Positions 1-20,659 are shown, counted from the stretch's first letter. The stretch is DNA of 64,000 nt from Opitutaceae bacterium (GCA_025355125.1 JANXLP010000490.1:49-64048), one strand, 5' to 3'. The notes: generated by a model not told the origin, from the sequence alone. Made by a program: numbers and translations.

Positions 1-10783
<10,783 letters not shown>

Positions 10784-10856
10784 AAAAACAAAGCTCCGCG
10801 CGCGCCGCCTCCGCCGTTGACACGCCGTGTGCGCGTGGCTGCGTAACTGCCCAACC
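10784..10856. promoter_or_regulatory. 73-bp divergent intergenic region between the FAAL-PKS gene and the NRPS gene (presumed bidirectional promoter)
   Basis: This is the only non-coding DNA between ATG 10783 (minus) and ATG 10857 (plus). No -10/-35 boxes could be assigned with confidence. Confidence 0.35.
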
Positions 10857-11045
10857 ATGGTCACGCCGTCCGCTCCCGCACCCGACCTGATCGCACTGCT
10901 CGACGCCTGCGCCGCGCGCGGGATCACGCTCGAAGCGGGCGCCAACGGCGCGTTGAAGCTGCGGGCGCCCGAAGGAGCCCTTACACCAGAACTACGGGCC
11001 CAGCTTGCCGCCCAAAAACCCGCCCTCGTCGCGCTCCTCGCCGCG
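10857..11045 (+). other. TubC_N-like docking domain
   Basis: The pattern L..L...G..L......L.L.AP.GALTPEL...L...K..L..LL matches TubC-type N-terminal docking domains of PKS/NRPS interfaces. Confidence 0.6.
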
Positions 11046-14000
11046 CGGACCGCGGGCGCCGCCGATCTCGCCCCGATTCCGCGTCGGCCGGCGGCACAGA
11101 CCGCACCGCTTTCCTCGGCACAGGCGCGGCTGTGGTTTTTAACCCGCCTAGATCCGGCCAGCAACGCCGCCTACAACATCGTCGCGGCGGTGCGCATCCG
11201 CGGGCCGTTGCAGGCCGGGGCGCTGCAACGCGCGGTCAACGCGCTGGCGGCCCGGCACGAGACCTTGCGCACGAGTTTTGCCGCCGAGGCGGGTCAGCCC
11301 GCGCTGCGGATCGCGCCGCTGGTGACCGTGCCGTGGGACCACGCCGATCTCGGCGCGCTCACGCCCGAGGCGCGCGAGACCGCGGTGCAGGCGCGGCTGC
11401 GCGCAGAGGGAGCGCGGGGCTTTGACCTCACGGTCGCGCCGCTCCTGCGCACGACGCTGCTCACGCTCGACGCGGGCGAAGCGGTTTTTATTTTCACGAT
11501 TCACCATCTCATTTCGGACGGCTGGTCGTCGGGCGTGATCGTGCGCGATCTGGCGGCGCTGTATGCGGCGGAAACGACGGGGCAACTCGCGGCGTTGCCA
11601 GAGCTTCCCGTGCAGTTTGCGGACTATGTTGTCTGGCAGGCGGAGCGACTGGCCGCGCCGGCGGCGGCGCAGAGTTTGGAATTTTGGAAGCAGGCGCTGG
11701 TGGACACGCCGGTGTTGAACCTCGCCACCGACCACCCGCGGCCACCGGCGATGAGCTACGCGGGCACGACCGAGTTTTTCACCTATCCGCCGGAGCTGGC
11801 GCGCGCGCTGGGCGAACTCGCGCGCACCTCGGGCGCGACGCTTTTTCAAGTCCTGCTCGCGGGCTGGAACACGCTGCTCATGCGCTACACGGGGCAGACG
11901 GATTTTGCCGTGGGCACTTCGATCGCGAATCGCGCGCATCCGAGTTTGGAGCCGCTGATCGGCTTCCTCACCAACACCCTCGCGCTGCGCACGCCGCTGG
12001 GCGGCGATCCGACGTTTGCCGAGGTGGTGCGGCGCACGCACGAAGTCGCGAGCGCGGCCTATGCTCACGCCGAGACTCCGCTCGAGCGCATCATCGAGGC
12101 GCTGCGGCCCGACCGCACGATGAGCCAGAATCCGCTTTTCCAAGTGTGCTTCTCGCTCCTGCAGGCGCATCGCGACGAGCTGCGACTCGGCGACGGCCTG
12201 ACGCTGGAGCAACTCAACGTCGCCGGTGCGACGGCACGTTTCGATCTGACGGTCACTGTTGAAGATACCCGCGCAGGTCTGCTCGTCGCGGTGGAATACA
12301 GCCGCGATCTTTTCGAACCCGCCACGATTGCCCGCATGGTGCGCCATTACCGCGCTCTGCTCATGAGCGCCGTCGCCGCGCCCGCCACCCGCATCGCCGC
12401 ACTGCCGATGCTCGACTCCGAGGAGCGGCGCACGCTTTTGCGCGATTGGAACGCGACCACCACACCCTACCCGCGCGACGCCTGCATTCATCAACTTTTT
12501 GAGACGTGTGCGGCGGCGAAGCCCGACGCGCCGGCCGTCACGGCGGGCGACCGCACGCTCACCTACGCGGAATTAAACGCCGCCGCCAATCGCCTCGCGC
12601 GCCGCTTGCGCGCACAGGGCGTGGGTGCCGACACTGGCGTCGCGGTCTGCGCTGAGCGCACCTTGGAAATGGTCGTCGCGCTCGTCGCGGTATTGAAAGC
12701 GGGCGGCTATTATCTGCCCTTCGATCCCGCCGATCCGGCCGAGCGGCTGAACTACCTTTTTGAGCAAACGCAGGCGCGCGTGCTGCTCGCGCCGGCCGAG
12801 GCACGGCCACGCTTGGCGGCGTTGCGACTGCCGTTATTGGCGGTGCAGCTCGATGCGCCAGAAATGCTCGCCGAGTCACCGGAGAATCTCCCCAACGTCG
12901 CGAGCCCCGACAACCTCGCTTACACGACCTACACGTCCGGCTCAACTGGCCGGCCGAAGGGTATCTGCATTCCGCACCGCGGCGTCGTGCGGCTCGTGCG
13001 CGACACAAACTATCTCCACTACGGTCCGGACCTGCGGATTCTAGAATTGGCGCCGGTATCGTTCGACGCCTCGACGTTCGAGCTTTGGGGCGCGCTCTGT
13101 CATGGCGCGCTGCTCGTGGTGCTGAGGCCAGGAGCGCCGTCGATCCGCGAACTCGGCGAAGAAATTCAACGCCATCGCATCACCTCACTCTACCTCACGT
13201 CCGCGCTGTTCAACCTTATGGTGGACGAGCATACGGCGGCCTTCTGCGGCGTTCGCCATCTCCTCGTGGGCGGCGACATCATCTCGGTCCCGCACGCGAA
13301 AAAAATCCTCGCGGCGCATCCCGGGCTTACGCTCATCAACGGCTACGGCCCCACCGAGACGACGACGTTTGCGAGCTGTGGCTTGATGGCGAAACCCGAG
13401 GACGTCGGCTACACCGTCACCATTGGCCCGCCCATTTCCAATACGACGCTCTACATTCTCGACGGCGAGATGGAGCCCACGCCCATCGGCGTGCCGGGCG
13501 ATCTCTACATCGGCGGCGACGGCAACGCGCGCGGCTACCTCGCCCTGCCTGCGCTCACGGCGGAGTGCTTCGTGCCGAATCCGCATCCCGCGACGCCGGG
13601 CGAGCGTATTTATAAAACCGGCGACCTCGCGCGCTGGATGCCCGACGGCACCGTGGAATTTCTCGGCCGCCGCGATTTTCAGGTGAAGGTGCGGGGCTTC
13701 CGCATCGAGTTGGGAGAAATCGAGAGCTGCCTCGCCGCGCATCCAGCGGTGAAGGAGACGTTGATCCTCGTCCACGAGACACGCCCCGGCGACAAGCGCC
13801 TCATCGCCTACGTGCAACCGCGTCCCGGCCCCGTGCCGAGCGATGAAACGCTGCGCGAACACGTGCGCGCCCGCCTACCCGACTTCATGGTGCCGGCCGT
13901 GATCGTGATCGTGCCGGAGTTTCCGCTCACGCCGCACAACAAAGTTGATCGCGCCGCCCTCCGCGCCCTCGGCGCCGGCGCCAGCACAGTGCGTGCGCAT

Positions 14001-14345
14001 GTGCCCCCGCGTAATCCCATCGAAGAAACCGTCGCCGGACTCTGGCGCGATGTGCTCAAACGTGAGCGCGTGGGCGCCGAGGACGATTTCTTCGATCTCG
14101 GCGGACACTCCCTGCTCGCGACGCAGGTCATGTGGCGCATCTCCGAGGTGTTTCGCGTCGAACCGCCGCTGCGCCTGCTATTCGAGGCACCGACGGTCGC
14201 GAGTTTTTCCACGGCCATCGCGGCGCTGGTGGACAAAGCCGCCGGAAAACCCGGACGCGCCGAGGCGATCGCGCGGGTTCACCTGCGCGTCAGCCAGATG
14301 TCACCGGAGGAAGTCCAGCGCCTGCTGGCCGCGAAACGCGCGTAG
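10857..14345 (+). CDS. NRPS module: TubC-type N-terminal docking domain - C - A - T with a short C-terminal tail
   Basis: Track ORF is 10827..14345; ATG 10857 (MVTPSAPAPDLIALL) is preferred.
- Docking: LIALLDACAARGITLEAGANGALKLRAPEGALTPELRAQLAAQKPALVALL.
- C: HHLISDGWS.
- A: YTTYTSGSTGRPKG, NGYGPTETT, GDLYIGGDGNARGY, YKTGDLARW, HNKVDR.
- T: FFDLGGHSLLATQV.
- Hand-extracted Stachelhaus code: DAFYLGGTFK (Val-like). Confidence 0.9.
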   Translation: MVTPSAPAPDLIALLDACAARGITLEAGANGALKLRAPEGALTPELRAQLAAQKPALVALLAARTAGAADLAPIPRRPAAQTAPLSSAQARLWFLTRLDPASNAAYNIVAAVRIRGPLQAGALQRAVNALAARHETLRTSFAAEAGQPALRIAPLVTVPWDHADLGALTPEARETAVQARLRAEGARGFDLTVAPLLRTTLLTLDAGEAVFIFTIHHLISDGWSSGVIVRDLAALYAAETTGQLAALPELPVQFADYVVWQAERLAAPAAAQSLEFWKQALVDTPVLNLATDHPRPPAMSYAGTTEFFTYPPELARALGELARTSGATLFQVLLAGWNTLLMRYTGQTDFAVGTSIANRAHPSLEPLIGFLTNTLALRTPLGGDPTFAEVVRRTHEVASAAYAHAETPLERIIEALRPDRTMSQNPLFQVCFSLLQAHRDELRLGDGLTLEQLNVAGATARFDLTVTVEDTRAGLLVAVEYSRDLFEPATIARMVRHYRALLMSAVAAPATRIAALPMLDSEERRTLLRDWNATTTPYPRDACIHQLFETCAAAKPDAPAVTAGDRTLTYAELNAAANRLARRLRAQGVGADTGVAVCAERTLEMVVALVAVLKAGGYYLPFDPADPAERLNYLFEQTQARVLLAPAEARPRLAALRLPLLAVQLDAPEMLAESPENLPNVASPDNLAYTTYTSGSTGRPKGICIPHRGVVRLVRDTNYLHYGPDLRILELAPVSFDASTFELWGALCHGALLVVLRPGAPSIRELGEEIQRHRITSLYLTSALFNLMVDEHTAAFCGVRHLLVGGDIISVPHAKKILAAHPGLTLINGYGPTETTTFASCGLMAKPEDVGYTVTIGPPISNTTLYILDGEMEPTPIGVPGDLYIGGDGNARGYLALPALTAECFVPNPHPATPGERIYKTGDLARWMPDGTVEFLGRRDFQVKVRGFRIELGEIESCLAAHPAVKETLILVHETRPGDKRLIAYVQPRPGPVPSDETLREHVRARLPDFMVPAVIVIVPEFPLTPHNKVDRAALRALGAGASTVRAHVPPRNPIEETVAGLWRDVLKRERVGAEDDFFDLGGHSLLATQVMWRISEVFRVEPPLRLLFEAPTVASFSTAIAALVDKAAGKPGRAEAIARVHLRVSQMSPEEVQRLLAAKRA

Positions 14346-14357
14346 CGGTAATAAAGG

Positions 14358-14376
14358 GGAGGCCAATTGAGCCTCC
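14358..14376. terminator. Weak hairpin between convergent genes (possible bidirectional terminator)
   Basis: ggaggc-caattga-gcctcc: 6-bp stem, 7-nt loop, no U-tract. Confidence 0.25.
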
Positions 14377-14413
14377 GTCACGGCGACACTCGCCGCGACG
14401 ACCCAGCCCGCCC

Positions 14414-15271
14414 TCAGGTCCAGTAAATCGCGGTCTGCGGGTCCTTGAACCCCATGAGGAAGGAGATCGTCGAACGAAACTCGCCCGGGTTGGACTGCGC
14501 TTGGACGGCGTGGATGAGTTTGCCGTTGAAGAAATAAATATCGCCGGCGTGAACGGGCAGATCGATGCGGTCGAAGCCATCGAGCCACTCGGCTTGATAG
14601 GGGTAGCCGGTCTCTTCGAGGCCGAGCGCGCGGCGGGTCGCGACGTCAGGTTCGATGTTCCAATAGACAAGCTGACCGCCGCCGGCGCCGTTTTGGAGGC
14701 ACATATTGACGGCCGCGAGGGGATTGCGGGCAACCTCCTGAATCTCAAAACCCGCCTGCAGTTTGGCGGTGAGTTGTGCGGCGTCGTCGTGCGCCGCGAG
14801 GGCGAATTTTCCGCCGCCGCTCCATGAGCGAATAACAAACTCCGCGGCGTCGCGGCCTTCGTGCCGGGCCGTGCGCAACGCGACGCCCGTGCGGGCGAGC
14901 TCGGCGCGCACTTCGGTCATGAGCTCGTCGAAAACATTGCGCCCGCCATCGAAAACTTCATGCACCGCGACGCTCGTGGCGGCGGCCTCGTCGAGATAGA
15001 GTGAGAGCTCCTTCGCGTAGTGGTAAGTGCCCAGATAGTAGGCAGGCACGGCGTCGCCGCGCTGGCGGCGCTGCGGGTGTTTCCAGAAATTATCGCACAC
15101 GCGCTGGCAGAGCGCCGGGTCCATCACGCCGCGGAAAATACAGCCCGCGACCTCACCGCGCATCACCCGGACAATTTCCTTGGCATCGAGCCGCGTGAAC
15201 TCACCGATCTTGAAATATTCCGGCGGGTAAATGCGGCCAGTGATGGCGGGGACGGCGGGAGAAACGGACAT
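14414..15271 (-). CDS. Putative Fe(II)/2-oxoglutarate-dependent oxygenase (tailoring)
   Basis: 285 aa. HxD motif (ALAAHDD), distal His (GKLIHAV) and a downstream Arg (FRSTISF), with spacing typical of the 2OG-Fe(II) oxygenase fold. The family call is by motif only. Confidence 0.5.
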   Translation of the reverse strand: MSVSPAVPAITGRIYPPEYFKIGEFTRLDAKEIVRVMRGEVAGCIFRGVMDPALCQRVCDNFWKHPQRRQRGDAVPAYYLGTYHYAKELSLYLDEAAATSVAVHEVFDGGRNVFDELMTEVRAELARTGVALRTARHEGRDAAEFVIRSWSGGGKFALAAHDDAAQLTAKLQAGFEIQEVARNPLAAVNMCLQNGAGGGQLVYWNIEPDVATRRALGLEETGYPYQAEWLDGFDRIDLPVHAGDIYFFNGKLIHAVQAQSNPGEFRSTISFLMGFKDPQTAIYWT

Positions 15272-15462
15272 ACGCCCAGTTTTTGGCGAGCGCTCCGGCG
15301 CGTGTCTAGCGTTCTCTGCTCAATATGTGTGTCAAAATCATGCCGCCATCCACCCTCCGCATAATCGCGCAAGCGCCCCGCAGCCAGCGGGCAATCCGCA
15401 CTTGATTAAGCGCGGGGGGCGGGACTTGCTCAGCGCCCGTCCCCGACCGCCCGGCCAAGCCC

Positions 15463-17094
15463 ATGCAACTTATTCATCTCATCAAGAGGGAGAGCACCAA
15501 CTCGCTGCAAACGTTGGTCGTTTTGACGGTCGTCTCGGGCATCGCCCAGGGCCTGCTTCTGGCCATCATCAACAACGCCGCCGCCACGGCCGCGTTCGCC
15601 GATCTCAACTTCCGCTATCTCCTGCTTTTCGTCATCGCGATCGCGATCTTCATCATCTCGAAGCGCGTGGCCCTCGAACGCTCATTCGTGATGACCGAGG
15701 AAGTGATCGCCAAACTGCGCATCCGCATCACCGACAAACTCCGCCGCTCCAATCTCGCGGTCGTCGAGCGTATCGGTAAGTCCAACGTCGAGACGCGCCT
15801 CTCGCAGGACACCCTCACGCTCTCGCAGGCCGCCGGAGAAATCGTCAATGCAGCGCAGTCCGCCGTGATGATCGTCGTCTGCGTCGGCTACCTCGCGCTC
15901 CTCTCGAAAATCGCCTTCTACCTCACCGCCGCCATGATCGTCGGCGGCGTCGCGATTTACCTCCGCAATCAGCGCGGGATCAACCGCGAGCTCCAGCTCG
16001 CGACCGTGAAGGAGACGGAGTTTTTCGTCTCCCTCGGCCACTTGATGGACGGCTTCAAGGAGCTGAAGATGAACCGCGCCAAGTCGGACGATCTCTTCGA
16101 AAATCACTTTAAGAAAATCTGCACCGACGCCGAGCGCGTCAAAGTCCGCACGGGCCTGGAATACGTGCGCAACTTTATCTTTTCTCAAACCTTCTTCTAC
16201 GTGCTGATCGCGGTGCTCGTTTTCCTGCTGCCCGCGCTCAACGAGGGCTACTCCGATGTGATCGTAAAGACGACCGCCGTGGTGCTCTTCATCATTGGCC
16301 CGCTCACCTCCCTCGTGAGTTCGATCCCGATCTACGCCCGCGCCAACGTCGCCCTCGGCAACCTCACCCAGCTCGAGGCCTTCCTCGATTCACCCAGCGC
16401 CGCCGCCGAGCGCCTCGTGGCCCCGGCCAAGATCGATTTCCACGGCTTCAAGACGATCACTATCGAGGATGCCACGTTCACCTACTTCGAGGAAGCCGGC
16501 GGGCAGGCCGCGTTTTCGACCGGGCCTTTCCGGCTGAACTTCACGGCCGGCGAGACGGTTTTCATCGTCGGCGGCAACGGCTCGGGCAAATCCACGCTGA
16601 TGAAGCTCCTCACCGGCCTTTATGCGCCGCAGGCGGGCGCCCTGCTCGTGGACGGCGTGCGCCTCCAACCCGCCCACTACGCGGCCTACCGCGACCTATT
16701 TTCGATCGTGTTTACCGATTTTCACCTCTTCGACCGCCTCTACGGCCAGAGCGACATCGACGAAAAGCAGCTCGCGCAACTCCTCACGCGCATGGATCTC
16801 GACGAGAAAACCGCCTACGCCAACGGCCGTTTCACCAACCTCAATCTCTCCACCGGCCAGAAAAAACGCCTCGCCCTCATCGTCGCCTGCCTCGAGGACC
16901 GCCCTGTGCTGGCGCTCGACGAGTTCGCCGCCGACCAAGACCCGGAGTTCCGCCGCTTCTTTTACGAAACGCTTTTGCCCGAACTCAAAGCCGCCGGCAA
17001 AACCATCATCGCCATCACCCACGACGACCGGTATTTCCACTGCGCCGACCGCGTGATCAAAATGGAATACGGCCAAGTCCAGCCCGCCGCTTGA
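15463..17094 (+). CDS. ABC exporter, fused TMD-NBD, cyclic-peptide transporter type (SyrD/PvdE-like)
   Basis: 543 aa with an N-terminal six-helix region. Walker A GGNGSGKST, signature LSTGQKKRL, Walker B VLALDEFAADQD, H-loop ITHDD. Size and architecture are typical of NRPS-associated exporters. Confidence 0.85.
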   Translation: MQLIHLIKRESTNSLQTLVVLTVVSGIAQGLLLAIINNAAATAAFADLNFRYLLLFVIAIAIFIISKRVALERSFVMTEEVIAKLRIRITDKLRRSNLAVVERIGKSNVETRLSQDTLTLSQAAGEIVNAAQSAVMIVVCVGYLALLSKIAFYLTAAMIVGGVAIYLRNQRGINRELQLATVKETEFFVSLGHLMDGFKELKMNRAKSDDLFENHFKKICTDAERVKVRTGLEYVRNFIFSQTFFYVLIAVLVFLLPALNEGYSDVIVKTTAVVLFIIGPLTSLVSSIPIYARANVALGNLTQLEAFLDSPSAAAERLVAPAKIDFHGFKTITIEDATFTYFEEAGGQAAFSTGPFRLNFTAGETVFIVGGNGSGKSTLMKLLTGLYAPQAGALLVDGVRLQPAHYAAYRDLFSIVFTDFHLFDRLYGQSDIDEKQLAQLLTRMDLDEKTAYANGRFTNLNLSTGQKKRLALIVACLEDRPVLALDEFAADQDPEFRRFFYETLLPELKAAGKTIIAITHDDRYFHCADRVIKMEYGQVQPAA

Positions 17095-17113
17095 GCCCAC
17101 CGCACCCACGACC

Positions 17114-18070
17114 ATGAGCGACTCCGATACCTCCGTCCCGACTCCGCCCTTTCCCCCGCCGCCCACACCGCAGCCGTCCTGGCGCCTGCGTTACGAGCGT
17201 TGGGTCGCCCGCCTGAGGGTGAAGGCGCGCGAGAACATGGTGCCGCTCTGCCTCAGCGGCCTCATCTTCAGCTTCCTCGTCGTCTATCTCGCCAACAGCA
17301 TCTTCATCCTCATCGGACCCGGCGAATCGGGCGTGCTCTTCCGCCGGCTGACCGACGGCACCGATACCGAGACGATTTACGGCGAAGGCCTCAACATCAT
17401 CGCCCCGTGGAACAAGATGTTCATCTATAATATGCGCGTGCAGGAGCGCACCCAGCTGGTCGAGGCGCTCAGCCAAAACGGCCTGACGATCCGCGTGACC
17501 GTCTCCATGCGTTATTTTCCGGAGAAGAAAGACCTCGCCCGCCTGCACCAGAAAGTCGGCCCCGACTACGCCGACCGCATCGTCCAACCCGAAGTGGTGA
17601 CCGGCGTGCGCGAAGTCATCGGCAAATACCTCCCGCAACAGCTCTACACGGAAAACACGCGCCTCATTTCCGACGCCATCATCGAGGCGGCAACGCGCTC
17701 GGTGAGTGAGAAATTCGTCCGCCTGGACGACGTGAACATCCTCAACATCCGCCTCCCCATGCTCGTCACCAATGCGATCGAGAGCAAACTCACGCAGGAA
17801 CAGATGGCCGAGGAATATAAATTCCGCCAGGACCGCGCCGAAAAGGAAGCGACCCGCATGTTGACCGAGGCCCAGGGCATCGCGAAGTCCAACAACGCGA
17901 TCTCCGCCAGCCTCACGCCCGACATGCTCCGCTTCAAAGGCATCGAGGCCACGCTCGAACTCGCCAAATCGACCAACGCGAAAGTCGTCGTCGTGGGCTC
18001 CGGCCGCGATGGCCTGCCGCTCATCCTCAACACCGCCGACGGCGCCCCGGCCGCCGCCCCCCGGCCCTGA
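17114..18070 (+). CDS. SPFH/band-7 (prohibitin-like) membrane protein
   Basis: 318 aa. Pro-rich N-terminus, one TM (LCLSGLIFSFLVVYL), then an SPFH core (PGESGVLFRRL...GLNIIAPW...VTVSMRYF...IVQPEVVTGVREVIGKY) and a coiled-coil tail (EEYKFRQDRAEKEA). Confidence 0.8.
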   Translation: MSDSDTSVPTPPFPPPPTPQPSWRLRYERWVARLRVKARENMVPLCLSGLIFSFLVVYLANSIFILIGPGESGVLFRRLTDGTDTETIYGEGLNIIAPWNKMFIYNMRVQERTQLVEALSQNGLTIRVTVSMRYFPEKKDLARLHQKVGPDYADRIVQPEVVTGVREVIGKYLPQQLYTENTRLISDAIIEAATRSVSEKFVRLDDVNILNIRLPMLVTNAIESKLTQEQMAEEYKFRQDRAEKEATRMLTEAQGIAKSNNAISASLTPDMLRFKGIEATLELAKSTNAKVVVVGSGRDGLPLILNTADGAPAAAPRP

Positions 18071-19399
18071 TCAAGGGGCGAGGGTCGAACCGAGATCCAC
18101 GCCGTCGGTGTCTTTGTTGGCGCGGGAAAACTCCGCCCAGACTCCGTCGTAAAGGTGCTGGGCATCGCCCACGCTATAAAGATAGAACCGCCGGTCGCGG
18201 CGATCTGGCGGCAGGCGCATGGAAGGCGTGCCGGCCAAAGAGGGCACCGGAGCGTTCTTCAGCGTATTGGCGTAGAAGCTACGCTCGCTCACCCGCGCAG
18301 CGATTTTCGGGTCCAACATGAAATTAACGAACTGCAACGCCAGCCGCTGATGCCCGGAGGAACGGGGGATCGCCAGCGTGTCCACGGTGATGAGCGTGCC
18401 ATCCTCCGGCAGGTGATAGCCGATTTCGGGGCGGAGACGGGGAATATCCACCGCCGGGATGAAAAGTTCTTCAACCCATTCGTTAAATCGCCACCACCAG
18501 CGCCGCAAACGGTGGATTTGACCCGGGCGCTCCGTCGGAAACTTATTCTGTGCGCGCGTTATTTCCGGCGACCAGGTGTGCAGGAGCGCCCCTTCGCCGT
18601 TTTGCAGCAACGGAGCGCCCTCGCTCAGGACGAGTCGCGGTCGTCCTGCAGCATTGAGCGCGTTCAGCACCCGGCCAGCGGCTTTGATTTCCTCGTTGTC
18701 ACGCGTGTTGGGACTCTTTCCGAGCGAGATCAAAGCCAGCCCGATCAGCTCGCGCGGCTCATCCAGCATCATCAACCGGCGGCCGTGCTTGGCCGCCATG
18801 TCGGGATTGAAGAACTCGCTCCATTTGTGAGGCGGCTCGGCACCGGCACCGCCACCGGGGAATTCCGTCTTGGAGTAGCCGATACCCGCGCAATTCCATA
18901 GATAGGGCAGGGCGTAGGCGTCGTCGCGCAGTTCGACCGGTGCGCTCAGCTCGCCGCCGATCTTGGGCGCGACCGAGATGATGTTCGCCGCCTTGATTTT
19001 CAACAACGGCTCGCTGCTGGGCAGTTCCTCGTGCGGGGGCGCGATCAGGAATTCGTCGGCGATGTTGGTCCGCCTCGGCACATCGATTTGGCTCAGCCTC
19101 ACCAACAACCCGTGCTGGCGCATCGTTCCGATCATATAGCTCGACGGCATGATCACATCGAACTCGTTCCAACTCACCTTCACCCGCGCCAGCATCTCGG
19201 CGTTGCTGGTATAGTTCTCCACCTTCACCCGCACGCCGGCCTCGCGCTCAAAATCGTCGATCACATCCGCGTAGATGTAGTCGTTCCAAATATAGAGGCG
19301 GAGCACCGGTTTCGAAGACCAGCGCCAATACGCGATCAAGGCCACGCCGGCGGCGAGCAGAACCAGAAGTTGCAGACTATGGCGGGTGGCGGGTTTCAT
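18071..19399 (-). CDS. PotD/PotF-like (polyamine-type) extracytoplasmic solute-binding protein, membrane-anchored and orphan
   Basis: Track ORF is 18071..20014; the real start is ATG 19399 ([25 protein letters not shown]). [41 protein letters not shown]...[11 protein letters not shown] is the classic PotD N-lobe signature. No ABC permease or ATPase gene is adjacent. Confidence 0.75.
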   Translation of the reverse strand: MKPATRHSLQLLVLLAAGVALIAYWRWSSKPVLRLYIWNDYIYADVIDDFEREAGVRVKVENYTSNAEMLARVKVSWNEFDVIMPSSYMIGTMRQHGLLVRLSQIDVPRRTNIADEFLIAPPHEELPSSEPLLKIKAANIISVAPKIGGELSAPVELRDDAYALPYLWNCAGIGYSKTEFPGGGAGAEPPHKWSEFFNPDMAAKHGRRLMMLDEPRELIGLALISLGKSPNTRDNEEIKAAGRVLNALNAAGRPRLVLSEGAPLLQNGEGALLHTWSPEITRAQNKFPTERPGQIHRLRRWWWRFNEWVEELFIPAVDIPRLRPEIGYHLPEDGTLITVDTLAIPRSSGHQRLALQFVNFMLDPKIAARVSERSFYANTLKNAPVPSLAGTPSMRLPPDRRDRRFYLYSVGDAQHLYDGVWAEFSRANKDTDGVDLGSTLAP

Positions 19400-19555
19400 C
19401 GGAAGCGGCGGCCGCCTCGGCAAAGCGCCACTGTATGCCGAAACTCGCAAAGCCGTGTCAAGGATCGCCCCGACCGCACCGCAGTTTGCGCTGGCCAGCG
19501 GCTTGCCCGCACACATACCGACACCACCGGCACAATCGCTGCCGCCTCCGTCGCC

Positions 19556-19774
19556 ATGAGCACCACCGAATCCGCCCCTGAACTTTTCAAAGTCGTCGTA
19601 AACCACGAGGAGCAATATTCCATCTGGCCCGTTTACCGCGATAATCCCGCCGGCTGGCGCGACGCCGGCAAATCCGGCCCCAAGGAAGAGTGCCTCGCCC
19701 ACATCAAGGAAGTGTGGACCGACATGCGCCCCCTGAGCTTGCGCTTGAAAATGGCGGCAGACGCCGCGCGCTAA
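19556..19774 (+). CDS. mbtH: MbtH-like protein
   Basis: 72 aa, taken from the tail of track ORF 19031..19774: [53 protein letters not shown]. The canonical MbtH Trp/Pro signature is present. Confidence 0.9.
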   Translation: MSTTESAPELFKVVVNHEEQYSIWPVYRDNPAGWRDAGKSGPKEECLAHIKEVWTDMRPLSLRLKMAADAAR

Positions 19775-19790
19775 ATCGCCCACGCGCCCG

Positions 19791-20570
19791 ATGCTCGCCC
19801 CCCTCGCCGCCAGCAAGTGGCTGAGTTGCCCGCGGCCCGACGCCTTCGCCCCGCTGCGTCTCTGGTGCTTCCCCTTCGCCGGTGGCGGTGCCGCCGCGTG
19901 GCATCCCTGGTCTGCCAAACTCGCCGGTGCCGCCGAAGTGGTCGCGTTCCGCCTTCCGGGTCGCGAAAGCCGCCTCGGCGAACCGCCGCTCCGCGACTGC
20001 ACGCAACTGATCACCGCCCTCGCTGATCAGATCGCCCCTCACACCAGCGAGCCCTACGCCTTCTGCGGGCATAGTCTCGGCGCCCTCCTCGCGTTCGAAG
20101 TCGCCCGCCTCTTGCGCGCGCGCAACCTGCCCGGCCCGGCCGGATTGATCGCCAGCGGCGCCCGCGCGCCCGACACACCGCGCCGCGAGCCCAACCTGCA
20201 CGCGCTGCCGGATGACGAGTTCATCGCGCAAGTGGACCGGCGCTACGGCGGCATCCCCCCCGCGATTCTCGCCCAGCGGGAATTTCTCGAATTATTTCTG
20301 CCCGCTCTGCGCGCCGATCTCACTGTCTTCGAAACCTACAATCACGCCGCCGACACTCCGCTCGCCCTGCCCCTGCTCGCGCTCGGCGGCGAGAGCGACC
20401 CGCGCGTTTCACGTGGCGATCTCCTCGCGTGGGAGTCTCACGTGTCGGGTCCCTTCTCGGCGGAATTTTTCCCCGGCGGGCATTTTTTTCTCCAACCGGA
20501 AGTGGACAGGGTCATCCCCCGGGTGCGGAATTTCCTATCGAATATCCGGGTTACTCCGACCTCATACTAA
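19791..20570 (+). CDS. Type II (editing) thioesterase, alpha/beta hydrolase
   Basis: 259 aa. LWCFPFAGGGAAAW, nucleophile elbow GHSLGA, C-terminal GGHFF. GrsT/TEII-like. Confidence 0.85.
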   Translation: MLAPLAASKWLSCPRPDAFAPLRLWCFPFAGGGAAAWHPWSAKLAGAAEVVAFRLPGRESRLGEPPLRDCTQLITALADQIAPHTSEPYAFCGHSLGALLAFEVARLLRARNLPGPAGLIASGARAPDTPRREPNLHALPDDEFIAQVDRRYGGIPPAILAQREFLELFLPALRADLTVFETYNHAADTPLALPLLALGGESDPRVSRGDLLAWESHVSGPFSAEFFPGGHFFLQPEVDRVIPRVRNFLSNIRVTPTSY

Positions 20571-20659
20571 TCGGTTTTTTTGATTGCGTGTGCGCTCCCA
20601 CGAGGAATCCTCCCGGAGAGAAATTTCCCCCGTAACCACTTAAATAGGAGTTCCATTCC

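Noticed and set aside
10784-11164. 127-codon N-terminal extension of the FAAL-PKS ORF; similar extensions at 19400..20014 (PotD-like), 24076..25542 (PPTase), 23404..24195 (decarboxylase), 58260..58385 (NRPS) and 40306..40341
   Set aside because: The extensions are low-complexity and overlap neighbouring genes. They precede internal ATGs that coincide with the start of homology and, in several cases, with ATGA stop-start overlaps.
11148-12494. 448-aa minus-strand ORF, with 13185..13862 and 13808..14236 (minus)
   Set aside because: They are antisense to the C and A domains of the 10857 NRPS and are R/G/H-rich with no motifs.
20571-20659. T-run (ggttttttt) right after the TEII stop, considered as a terminator
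   Set aside because: The preceding stem is only 4 bp (ccga/tcgg). The region more likely just holds the RBS (AGGAG at about 20645) for the DUF697 gene.
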